The position numbers and the translations under genes are program-made. Under the pieces are notes generated by a model, which searched no databases, was not told the origin of the DNA, and worked only from the letters and a program-made list of their open reading frames with translations. A stretch of DNA of 45,213 nucleotides from the IMG/VR virus record IMGVR_UViG_3300010224_000017. One strand, given 5' to 3'. Source of the stretch: a virus. This document shows, in pieces, positions 25,467 through 32,686 of the stretch; positions within the stretch are counted from its first letter, which is position 1, and each line of letters starts with the position of its first letter.

Positions 25467-25923
25467 CCAAGCCCCCGCCGATCGCCTCTTCGACGCGCGT
25501 CAGGCTCAGTTCCTCCAGCGCATCGGTAAGGGCTGTCTCAATCTTGCGGCGCAGAGCGTGGTCGCCCTTCGCCACCAGGTTCGGCACCTGCATGATCCGG
25601 GACACTGCCAGCGAGATCACGCCAGTGACGGCGATCGTCATGTCGGGCAGCGATGCGAGTTCGCGCCGCCGCTCCGCATTGTCCATGGCCTTCGCGTCGG
25701 CCTGCTCATGTGCGAGCCGCGCGCGCTCTGCCTCAAGGTCGAGGCTGTCAGGGTCGACCTGACCGCCGCCTTTCAGCGCGATCCAAGCCTCTAGATGCTC
25801 CTCCCAGGTCGCCCCGTCGGCTGGTAGATCGCCCTTCGATCGCAGCTCGCCGATCCAGCGTGTCGAGCAACCGAGCAGAGCGGCCAGCTGGGGCCGAGTG
25901 GGCTCCTGAAGGTCGATTTCCAT
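25432..25923 (-). CDS. terS: Terminase small subunit, Nu1-like (N-terminal wHTH)
   Basis: PQLAALLGCSTRWIGELRSKGDLP HTH, with ERARLAHEQADAKAMDNAERRREL paralleling lambda Nu1. Confidence 0.75.
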   Translation of the reverse strand: MEIDLQEPTRPQLAALLGCSTRWIGELRSKGDLPADGATWEEHLEAWIALKGGGQVDPDSLDLEAERARLAHEQADAKAMDNAERRRELASLPDMTIAVTGVISLAVSRIMQVPNLVAKGDHALRRKIETALTDALEELSLTRVEEAIGGGLDEEEAPAEEGG

Positions 25924-26076
25924 GTGCTTCCCCGGTCGGGGCGCGAAAAATGGCCAGAAACGGCGAAAAACGCGGCCAGGGAGGAAGAAGCTAGGGCATT
26001 TTCATGCCTAGAGACGAAAAGCGCCTCAGCCGCCCGCATGCGCCCCGCGCCGGGAAGGACCCAAGGGGTGGGGGGG
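25924..26076. other. Candidate cos region (cosB/cosN-like elements upstream of the Nu1-like gene)
   Basis: Two GCGAAAAA-n-GGCCAG repeats 20 nt apart (25943.. and 25963..). Imperfect palindrome CTAGGGCATTTTCATGCCTAG at 25991..26011. Confidence 0.35.
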
Positions 26077-26352
26077 TCAGCCGGCCGCCTGGTCGAGGCG
26101 GCAGGTCACGACCGCCATCGTGCGTGGCTGCCGGGAGTTCGACCCGTCGACATTCGTTGTGCGCGCGGTGAGCGCCGTGGCTGCCTGACCAGCGATGGTG
26201 CCGGTGACGGGCAGGTCCTTCGGCGCGACCCCGAGATAGGCGATCTCGATGAAGTCGCCGCGCTCCTGTCTCCCCACGATCCCCTCCTTGAAGGGGAAGA
26301 CCACATCGACGCGCGATGCGTTGATGGCTTGGCCGATGACCGGATCGCTCAT
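26077..26352 (-). CDS. Hypothetical protein (91 aa), last gene of the orphan pre-terminase module
   Basis: ORF with a 4-nt overlap to the upstream gene. Confidence 0.55.
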   Translation of the reverse strand: MSDPVIGQAINASRVDVVFPFKEGIVGRQERGDFIEIAYLGVAPKDLPVTGTIAGQAATALTARTTNVDGSNSRQPRTMAVVTCRLDQAAG

Positions 26353-26747
26353 TGCTGCGCCACTTTCACCAAGACGGTCTTCTGCTTCTTGCGGGGCGGT
26401 GTGGCCGTCGTGGTTAGGCTCAGCTCAACCGGCAACGATACGCCAGCACCGTCGAACATGGGGTCGGACTGCATGTCGGCAGCGACCTCGAAATACAGTT
26501 CAACGATGTCGTCCAGCAGGGTGATGGCGTAGCCACCGCCTTCCTTGATACCCAGCCCAGCTGCGCCGCCCTCCGCGGTGACGGTGACCGTGTAGGAGGC
26601 GATATCCTCGCCATGATCTAGCAGCGGTGGGTTCGCCGGGTCGATTGGCGTGACGCCATCGTCGCGCGTGATCTCGATCGTGAAGCGCTCAATGTCGTAT
26701 GGATCGATCGTGCGCGGCAGCGACGTCGCGGTCAGCGGATGCGCCAT
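26349..26747 (-). CDS. Hypothetical beta-rich protein (132 aa)
   Basis: Start trimmed to ATG 26747, 1 nt after the upstream stop. Confidence 0.55.
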   Translation of the reverse strand: MAHPLTATSLPRTIDPYDIERFTIEITRDDGVTPIDPANPPLLDHGEDIASYTVTVTAEGGAAGLGIKEGGGYAITLLDDIVELYFEVAADMQSDPMFDGAGVSLPVELSLTTTATPPRKKQKTVLVKVAQQ

Positions 26748-26748
26748 A

Positions 26749-27657
26749 TCAGATCCTCGCCGACCGCTGACCATTCTCGGTCAGGCTGATGCTTCGAATT
26801 CCGTTGTCGGACAGGCGCGCCGCCCGGACCCCATTTTCCGTCAGGATGATATGACGATCCCGAACGATAGGTATGTAGTGCCCGCCCGCCGCGGCAAATG
26901 CATCGCCCGCCTCAGCTACGGTGAGGGACGCGTGGACGAGGCCGGCAGCGCTTGCTGCTATCCCATCGGCCGCTTCGACGATCGAAAGCGAGCCAGACGC
27001 CCGCACGGAGCCTGATGCGCTGAACAGGTCCGCCGCTTCGAAGATAGCGATCGCAGCCTGCACCTTGGCCGCGCCCGACATGCTCAGCGTGTCGCCGGCT
27101 TCGGTAACTGCCAGTGTTCCGGTCGACGCAGGCTGGTAGTAGACAGTAAGAAGGACGTAATCGACTTGTGCCGATCGGCCGCTGGTGTCGGCGTTCCCAA
27201 GCTGAAACTCGACGCCGAAATTGGCGGAGTTCACTTGCGCCGGCGTAAGAGTTGCGCCCCAGGTGTCGGTTGGGCCGCCGTAACTCGTGAATAGCGGAGA
27301 CGGGGATCCGGTCGGAGCGAAATTGCTGCTGCCGAGAGCCTTGTTGGAGCCTATGCGGTCTGCCGTTGTGCCGGCCGAACCGCTGACGAGGTAAACGCTC
27401 GCATCATAGATCGTGTTGACGATCAGGCCGCTCGCATAAAGATCGACCTTAATTCCGACGATCGCGCCCGTGGTTGGTATGGCAAAGCCGAAGCCAGAAG
27501 CACGAAGGTAATTCGATACCCCGCTAGCGGCGATTGAGCTTGAGCAGCGCGTGCCATCATCGGCAGACAGCGAGCTCGCCGTTGTGCCGGTCCAAGCGCT
27601 ACCGGTGCCAGAAGAATAGGTTGTGACGGCTGAGGGGGCGCCGGTGCCGCTCGGCAT
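26749..27657 (-). CDS. Hypothetical fibre-like protein with internal 21-aa and roughly 10-aa tandem repeats
   Basis: Repeats LAVTEAGDTLSMSGAAKVQAA / IAIFEAADLFSASGSVRASGS / LSIVEAADGIAASAAGLVHAS / LTVAEAGDAFAAAGG, then LTENG-type repeats. Confidence 0.6.
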   Translation of the reverse strand: MPSGTGAPSAVTTYSSGTGSAWTGTTASSLSADDGTRCSSSIAASGVSNYLRASGFGFAIPTTGAIVGIKVDLYASGLIVNTIYDASVYLVSGSAGTTADRIGSNKALGSSNFAPTGSPSPLFTSYGGPTDTWGATLTPAQVNSANFGVEFQLGNADTSGRSAQVDYVLLTVYYQPASTGTLAVTEAGDTLSMSGAAKVQAAIAIFEAADLFSASGSVRASGSLSIVEAADGIAASAAGLVHASLTVAEAGDAFAAAGGHYIPIVRDRHIILTENGVRAARLSDNGIRSISLTENGQRSARI

Positions 27658-27672
27658 GAGCCGCTGAGCCTA

Positions 27673-28236
27673 TCACGCGTTGCCGTCGGTGAAGCTCGCC
27701 GACGTGATGCTGAGACCCTGGCCGCTGTTGAAGTTCGTGTTGTCCACCTTGAGTCCGGCCGGGCCGACATAGGCAAAGGTCACCGTGCCGTCGGTGATGC
27801 CCGATCCGGCGCCGGTGGGGCCGGTGCCCGTCGAATTCGTCGTGCCGGCGGTCGTCACCTTATAGACGTTGTTGCCGACATGGACCTGCTGATTGAGCGC
27901 AAGCGGCTTGCTGTTCTGGTAGGCCTCGGAGACGAGGCCCTGCGCATGGACGGTCGTGCCGTCGCTCGCGAAGATCGTGAAGTAGCGGGCGAGGCCGGCG
28001 GCGCTTGCCGTGCCCGTCCACGTGCCATTGAGACCAACCGCGCCGCCGGTGGCTGCGGTGAGCCAGTCGGAAGGCAGCGAGAACGACATGAAAGCCGAAC
28101 CCGCGCGCGCCGTCGCGCAGTCAGCGGGCATCGCGCCGTCATAGAGCTTGAACACCGGAGCCGTGCCGATCGCAGTCTCGATCGCAGCCTGCTTCGCATT
28201 CCGCACCGTGGCGGAATATTGAATGCCGTTGGACAT
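27673..28236 (-). CDS. Hypothetical Gly/Thr/Ala-rich structural-like protein (187 aa)
   Basis: ORF with fibre-like composition. Confidence 0.55.
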   Translation of the reverse strand: MSNGIQYSATVRNAKQAAIETAIGTAPVFKLYDGAMPADCATARAGSAFMSFSLPSDWLTAATGGAVGLNGTWTGTASAAGLARYFTIFASDGTTVHAQGLVSEAYQNSKPLALNQQVHVGNNVYKVTTAGTTNSTGTGPTGAGSGITDGTVTFAYVGPAGLKVDNTNFNSGQGLSITSASFTDGNA

Positions 28237-28254
28237 GCGGCTGCGCTCCTGGCG

Positions 28255-28446
28255 TCAGAGAGGGTTCGGGCCGCGCAGATTGCCGCGCACAGCGGCGCGA
28301 GCGGCCGAGCAAATGCTCTCGACCTTCTCGATGTAGGCTTCGACCTGGCGCGGTGAGCGCGCTTCCTGAGCATCGAAGGCGGCGTCGTGAAGCTCGCCAG
28401 CCAGATGCTCAAGGCGTTGCGCTGTGGTGATGGGTGACTGCGGCAT
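28255..28446 (-). CDS. Hypothetical small helical protein (63 aa), first gene after the long spacer
   Basis: ATG 28446 with GGGAGA 6 nt upstream. The longer ORF to 28704 would run through the structured spacer. Confidence 0.5.
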   Translation of the reverse strand: MPQSPITTAQRLEHLAGELHDAAFDAQEARSPRQVEAYIEKVESICSAARAAVRGNLRGPNPL

Positions 28447-28514
28447 AGCACGTCTCCCGATGGGATGGGGCCGGCGAACGGGCTTAGATGGCGGTCTTAG
28501 AACATTCGCCGGGG

Positions 28515-28557
28515 CTGACGTGGCATCCAACTGATTGGGGTGAGAGGATGCCGTCAG
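28515..28557 (-). promoter_or_regulatory. Long imperfect stem-loop in the NusG-like/late-gene spacer
   Basis: Minus sense: CTGACGGCATCC-17 nt-GGATGCCACGTCAG (12 bp with one 1-nt bulge). Confidence 0.4.
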
Positions 28558-28586
28558 GTTTCGATGTATCTGAATGCAGCAGCACT

Positions 28587-28600
28587 CCCGCCGAAGCGGG
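28587..28600 (-). promoter_or_regulatory. GC-rich tetraloop hairpin CCCGC-TTCG-GCGGG (minus sense)
   Basis: Perfect 5-bp stem with a UUCG loop, about 60 nt after the NusG-like stop. No U-tract follows. Confidence 0.4.
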
Positions 28601-28660
28601 GTGGGAGGCGATGGTGGCTCAGCCAGCGCGATCGCCATAGCCGATCCTGTCGGCTCAAGG

Positions 28661-29218
28661 TCACGCGGCTTGTACCTGATCTGACAGCAATTTCCAAGCC
28701 CCAATATTGACCCGGAAACCGCCGCCGAAGTTGACCCATGCGCGCTTGCCGTCGCAGCTTTCGACCACGCCGGTCATGCCCAAGAACGCGCTTTCTTCGG
28801 CATCCACCGTGACCTGTTCGCCCTTGTTGAGCTGGTAGCGCTTGGTCTTGCACACCTGATCGCGATGCCGCGCCTCTTCGCTCCGCAACTGCTTCAACTC
28901 GCTGTCGAGGATCAGCGGGATCGCATCGCGATATAGGAAGAGCGAGAATGGCGGGTGCGGGCTGTTCGGCAGCGCCACGATCCGCCGAATGTCGTCCGTG
29001 AAGCTGGACGGCACGAATATGAAGGTCGGCAGGATCGGCGCGTCAACTTCATGCCGCACCCGCTGCCGCCCGCGGCGCAGCGTCACCGTCTTCTTCGGCG
29101 ACCAGGCGCCGATCCCCGCGTCATTTAGCGATTTGACAACGTTCAGCGTGCGCGCCGCCGACGTCCGCAGAATGCACCACTTACCTTGCTGGGATTGACC
29201 CGCTCCACTTGCCCGCAT
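28661..29218 (-). CDS. NusG/RfaH-family paralog (NGN + KOW), candidate late-gene antiterminator
   Basis: NGN-like WCILRT...PILPTFIFV...IPLILDSELKQL. KOW-like KGEQVTVDAEESAFLGMTGVVESCDGKRAWVNF. Confidence 0.75.
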   Translation of the reverse strand: MRASGAGQSQQGKWCILRTSAARTLNVVKSLNDAGIGAWSPKKTVTLRRGRQRVRHEVDAPILPTFIFVPSSFTDDIRRIVALPNSPHPPFSLFLYRDAIPLILDSELKQLRSEEARHRDQVCKTKRYQLNKGEQVTVDAEESAFLGMTGVVESCDGKRAWVNFGGGFRVNIGAWKLLSDQVQAA

Positions 29219-29271
29219 TTCCCCGCCCTCGCATCATCGCGCCTCCAGTCCCGCCCGACCTTCTGCCCGTG

Positions 29272-29304
29272 TTAGAACATACAGTGAATCTATGGTTTCG
29301 TCAC
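29272..29304 (-). promoter_or_regulatory. Candidate promoter for the NusG-like gene, overlapping a LexA-box-like sequence
   Basis: Minus sense: GTGACG-17 nt-TATGTT, then TCTAAC. It contains ATTC-N7-GTTC and CTGT-N8-ACAC. The 9-mer ATGTTCTAA recurs at 28497..28505. Confidence 0.3.
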
Positions 29305-30104
29305 GCCGGCCCCGCGCGAATTCGCGCGGCCGTTTGGCGCAGCTCGGTCGCATCGGAGAAGCGCCCCATCTTCTCCATTCCCTCGGCGGTGCGCTCGAGC
29401 GAAGCGGCCCTTTCCTCGTCCGTTTTCAGCGCTCCATTGCTGTTCGCAGCCGGCTTCGGCGGCGGGCCATCGGGAATGAAGACGCCGCGGTATCCGTTGA
29501 CGATCGATTTGCGCAGCATCAGGCCAACGTCGTGGCCCAGGTTGTGCGCCTCGGTCAGTGTCTCGATCAGCCGTTTGCGCGCTTCGGCGGTGAATGGGAT
29601 CTTTTTCGGCCCGCGTTCCATCTCCCGACGGACCTCCATGAAGGCTTCCCAGTCGGCGACGGGCACCCAGTCAGGCAAATCTGCCTCGACAATCTCTTTC
29701 GATTTGCTCGCGCGCTTCCCTCCTGAGGCTTTAGCCGAAGGAGGTTTGATGGTTACTGATGGTTTCCCCGCAGCAGGTGCGGGGGTTTCCGTCTTTTCCT
29801 GCGGGGCGCATCCCGTGCGGGGCGCATCTGCTGCGGGGGTCGGATAAACCGTATAGATGCAGCCCTTGCCGGGCCGCTCGACGCGGGAGAGGTGACCTGC
29901 CTCGGTCAGGCGCTTGATGGCGCCCTGGATCGCGCGCTCGCCCAAGCTGGTCTTCGTCAGGATGTCGAGCTTACCCTTCTGCGAGCGCAGAGGAATCCAC
30001 GTCACGCCTTCGTCGTTGGCGGCGTCGGCCAGCGCAAGGAGAACGACCTTGTCAGTCGTGGAAAGGGGCAGGGGCCAGACGGCAGCCATCAGCGTGACAC
30101 TCAT
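29301..30104 (-). CDS. wHTH replication initiator / replisome-organiser candidate (lambda O-position analogue)
   Basis: N-terminal winged-helix-like LSTTDKVVLLALADAAN...ERAIQGAIKRLTEAGHLSRV. Pro/Ala-rich linker encoded over an iteron-like array. Confidence 0.55.
   Translation of the reverse strand: MSVTLMAAVWPLPLSTTDKVVLLALADAANDEGVTWIPLRSQKGKLDILTKTSLGERAIQGAIKRLTEAGHLSRVERPGKGCIYTVYPTPAADAPRTGCAPQEKTETPAPAAGKPSVTIKPPSAKASGGKRASKSKEIVEADLPDWVPVADWEAFMEVRREMERGPKKIPFTAEARKRLIETLTEAHNLGHDVGLMLRKSIVNGYRGVFIPDGPPPKPAANSNGALKTDEERAASLERTAEGMEKMGRFSDATELRQTAARIRAGPA
29766..29839. repeat. Iteron-like array (candidate ori) inside the replication gene
   Basis: CCCCGCA 29766..29772 (inverted), TGCGGGGG 29778..29785, TGCGGGGCGCATC 29800..29812 and 29816..29828, TGCGGGGG 29832..29839. 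The last three are 16 nt apart. AT-richer GGATAAACCGTATAGATG follows. Confidence 0.5.
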
Positions 30105-30613
30105 GTTGTTAGCGGTCTCCTGCCGCTCAACTTGAGAATCACGTCCAGCACATCGTTCGCGCAGCTTACGGCGTTCCGGTGTATTTCGCTTCCAGTGAAC
30201 CGCATGATGCGGATTCCGGCGGAAGTAAGCGCGCGATCACGCGCCTTGTCGCGCGCTGCAGCCTCTCGGCTTGCATCGTGATATTGGTGACCATCGCACT
30301 CGACGCCGATGCGCGCCACCTCTTTTCCATCGTCCTTCACCTCAATCAGGATGTCGACCCGATAGCCGGCGATTGAAACTTGAGGCCGGACATGTGCAAC
30401 GAGCTGGAAGAGAGGAAGGTCGAGATAATCGTCTTCGAATTTGAAGATGGGACACATTGCGTTCACGCCCAGGAACGCGATCATCATCGCTTCCTCAATC
30501 GGGCTCTCTGGCTTGGCTTTCAGCTTCTCACGAAGGTAGCCCCAGCGCGTGCGCATCACGCCGCCAAACTCTTCGGCCAGGGCGGAATAGGCGTTCTCGA
30601 TCGTGTCACTCAT
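30101..30613 (-). CDS. PD-(D/E)xK endonuclease-fold protein (DUF559/Vsr-like)
   Basis: YRVDILIEV...IGVECDGHQYH...ARDKARDRALTSAGIRIMRFTGSEI matches the DUF559-type pattern. Confidence 0.65.
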   Translation of the reverse strand: MSDTIENAYSALAEEFGGVMRTRWGYLREKLKAKPESPIEEAMMIAFLGVNAMCPIFKFEDDYLDLPLFQLVAHVRPQVSIAGYRVDILIEVKDDGKEVARIGVECDGHQYHDASREAAARDKARDRALTSAGIRIMRFTGSEIHRNAVSCANDVLDVILKLSGRRPLTT

Positions 30614-30813
30614 GCTGCCATCTCTCCGTTCGCACGTTGAGTTGCTGCAATTAGCGGATCAGCTATCTGCCGCGCACGTCGCGTCTCCCACCCGCGCTTC
30701 GCCGCGCGCGAATGAGGGGTGACAGCTTTTGTCACCCTGCGAGCGTACTTGCGACGAAGGAGGCTTATCTCTGTGCGGATCCGCCAGAGTAGGTAGGAGA
30801 CGCGGCGTGGCAT
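30610..30813 (-). CDS. Small highly basic protein (67 aa)
   Basis: Start trimmed to ATG 30813 (ATGA-type overlap with the upstream stop). Contains SRAAKRGWETRR. Confidence 0.45.
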   Translation of the reverse strand: MPRRVSYLLWRIRTEISLLRRKYARRVTKAVTPHSRAAKRGWETRRARQIADPLIAATQRANGEMAA

Positions 30814-31163
30814 CAGGCGGCCTCGCTTTCGTCGACTGGATGCCAGCCCTCCGCAGCCAAGGCTTCTTCGATGCGATCGGAAACGACGGCGTAATCGCCG
30901 CTGCAATACCAATCCATATAGTTGCCCTCGGCGCGGACGGCCGCGATCAGGTCGCCGGCTGCGCGGAAGGAATAGCCCGCCGTGTCGCCGTTATCATGCC
31001 GCCAGTCTTGATTGGCCAGCGCCGACCAAAGCTCGACACCGACCTGCCGATCTGCGCGGATTTGCTCGCCCAGCGCGCGCTCGACGGCCATTTCGAACAG
31101 GTCTTCGGTATTGAGCGGACGCCCGTCCTTGATCCCGCCCAGGCCGCCGAAGTCCGCCATCAC
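30813..31163 (-). CDS. Hypothetical acidic protein (116 aa)
   Basis: ORF overlapping neighbours at both ends. Confidence 0.55.
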   Translation of the reverse strand: MMADFGGLGGIKDGRPLNTEDLFEMAVERALGEQIRADRQVGVELWSALANQDWRHDNGDTAGYSFRAAGDLIAAVRAEGNYMDWYCSGDYAVVSDRIEEALAAEGWHPVDESEAA

Positions 31164-31402
31164 GCCAGCCCCAGCGCGGCTTTGTACGTGTCCAGGAGAT
31201 ATTCCGCCTCGTCGCGGGCGTTCTTCTCCATGCGCCGCAGCTTGATGATCGCCCGGACCGTCTTCACGTCGAAGCCATCCGACTTCACAAGGGCGTACCG
31301 GTCCTTGATGTCGTCCGCGATGTCGCGCTTGCCGGTTTCGAGGTTCTCGATCGCCTCGATATGCTGGCTCAGCAGCTCGGCGCTGATGTTGCCGTCGCTC
31401 AC
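31160..31402 (-). CDS. GapR-like nucleoid-associated protein (DUF2312/UPF0335 family)
   Basis: [69 protein letters not shown] matches the DUF2312 pattern. Confidence 0.8.
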   Translation of the reverse strand: MSDGNISAELLSQHIEAIENLETGKRDIADDIKDRYALVKSDGFDVKTVRAIIKLRRMEKNARDEAEYLLDTYKAALGLA

Positions 31403-31551
31403 TTCGTTTCTCCCTTGGTGGTGAAGTCGTGGTCAGAGCCGACGAGGAACATGACCGTGTTGCAGGTCGGGCAGGTCTGGCCCTTGGGGTCCGCCGGCGC
31501 GCGAAAGCCGCACAGGCAGGCGTCCTCTGGCTTGGTGCTGGGTCTGGTCAT
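31399..31551 (-). CDS. Small zinc-ribbon-like protein (50 aa)
   Basis: CLCG...CPTC cysteine pairs. ATGA overlap with the upstream methyltransferase stop. Confidence 0.45.
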   Translation of the reverse strand: MTRPSTKPEDACLCGFRAPADPKGQTCPTCNTVMFLVGSDHDFTTKGETK

Positions 31552-32174
31552 GCCATCTCCGCGTAGTCGGAAGCGCGCTCCAGGCGCTTGCGGCACGGCG
31601 CGAGCCAGCGGAGGCGCGTGTTGCGGTCGTTCATCCAGACCAGCCACGCGTACGCCGTTGCGGTCGACCCCTCCGGCGCCAACCGCCCCTTATGCATCAC
31701 CACGCGCTCGGCGAACTGCAGCACGTAGGAGGGCGGGTTCTCAGCGAACAAGCGCTCGTAGCGCCCAATCCCCTCCAGGAACGCGGCGCGGACGATGATG
31801 GCGACGCCTTGGCGGCTGGTCGCCAGCGCGCGCACGATGAATTCTTCCGCCAGCCGGAACGGCGGATTGGTGATCGTCCAGTCCACTGGCGAGGGGAGCG
31901 GGCCAAAGAGATAGTCTTCTACCGGAAAGCCCGCGCCGTAATCGAAGACATCAGCGGCAATGACGTCGGCGAAAGCCTCCCGCAGCGGCCGGACCATGTG
32001 TCCGCGATTGGCGGCTGGCTCGCGGCACGAGAACATGTCGAGCGGCTGGCTGGCGCTGAGCGTCAGCCATTCGCATAGCGCCCGCGTCGCCCAAGGCGGC
32101 GTCGGGAAATCGTCGAGCGAATCGTGCGGCTCGCTGCGCTGCTGCATCACGGCCGAAGAGCGGTTCTGGCTCAT
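31548..32174 (-). CDS. DNA N6-adenine methyltransferase (second MTase, early operon)
   Basis: DDFPTPPWATRAL and TITNPPF motifs. Start trimmed to ATG 32174 (ATGA overlap). Confidence 0.75.
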   Translation of the reverse strand: MSQNRSSAVMQQRSEPHDSLDDFPTPPWATRALCEWLTLSASQPLDMFSCREPAANRGHMVRPLREAFADVIAADVFDYGAGFPVEDYLFGPLPSPVDWTITNPPFRLAEEFIVRALATSRQGVAIIVRAAFLEGIGRYERLFAENPPSYVLQFAERVVMHKGRLAPEGSTATAYAWLVWMNDRNTRLRWLAPCRKRLERASDYAEMA

Positions 32175-32686
32175 GCGCGCGCCCGCTGCTCGGCAACGTA
32201 GCGTTCGACCCAGCCGATGCGCTCTTCCGGGGTCGGCGCGAGGCGCTTCTGCCCGCGGATCCTCAGGCCGTGCTTCTTCCGCCAAGTGACGAACGTGTCG
32301 GGGCTGACGCCAAAGTGCTCCGCGCCTTTGGTGCAGCCAAACTTCGCGATCGCAGCGAGGATTTCCTCGCGCGACGGCATCGGCGTGGGCTTGTTGCCAC
32401 GCATCGTTTTGCGTCCGATCCTCACGTTCCAGCGCGAGATCATCCCCGGTGTCTCGCCATAGTGATCAGCGAGCTGGTCGCGCGTCATCTCGGCTGCTCG
32501 CTTGGCGAAATCCCAGGGGATCGGCCGCGGCAGCCGACCGCTCGACCCCGCCTTGAAGCCGCGCCGCTCAACCTCCCGCACGGTGCCCACGTCGATCTTG
32601 AGGATGGCGGCGACGGTCTTCTTGTCGTGGACCGAGCGCAGGCGCTTGATCCGGTCGCAGACATCCTGGGATAGCAGCTTGCCCAT
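32171..32686 (-). CDS. DNA-binding protein with three HTH-like repeats
   Basis: KTVAAILKIDVGTVREVERRG, DQLADHYGETPGMISRWNVRIG and TKGAEHFGVSPDTFVTWRKKHG. Confidence 0.55.
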   Translation of the reverse strand: MGKLLSQDVCDRIKRLRSVHDKKTVAAILKIDVGTVREVERRGFKAGSSGRLPRPIPWDFAKRAAEMTRDQLADHYGETPGMISRWNVRIGRKTMRGNKPTPMPSREEILAAIAKFGCTKGAEHFGVSPDTFVTWRKKHGLRIRGQKRLAPTPEERIGWVERYVAEQRARA

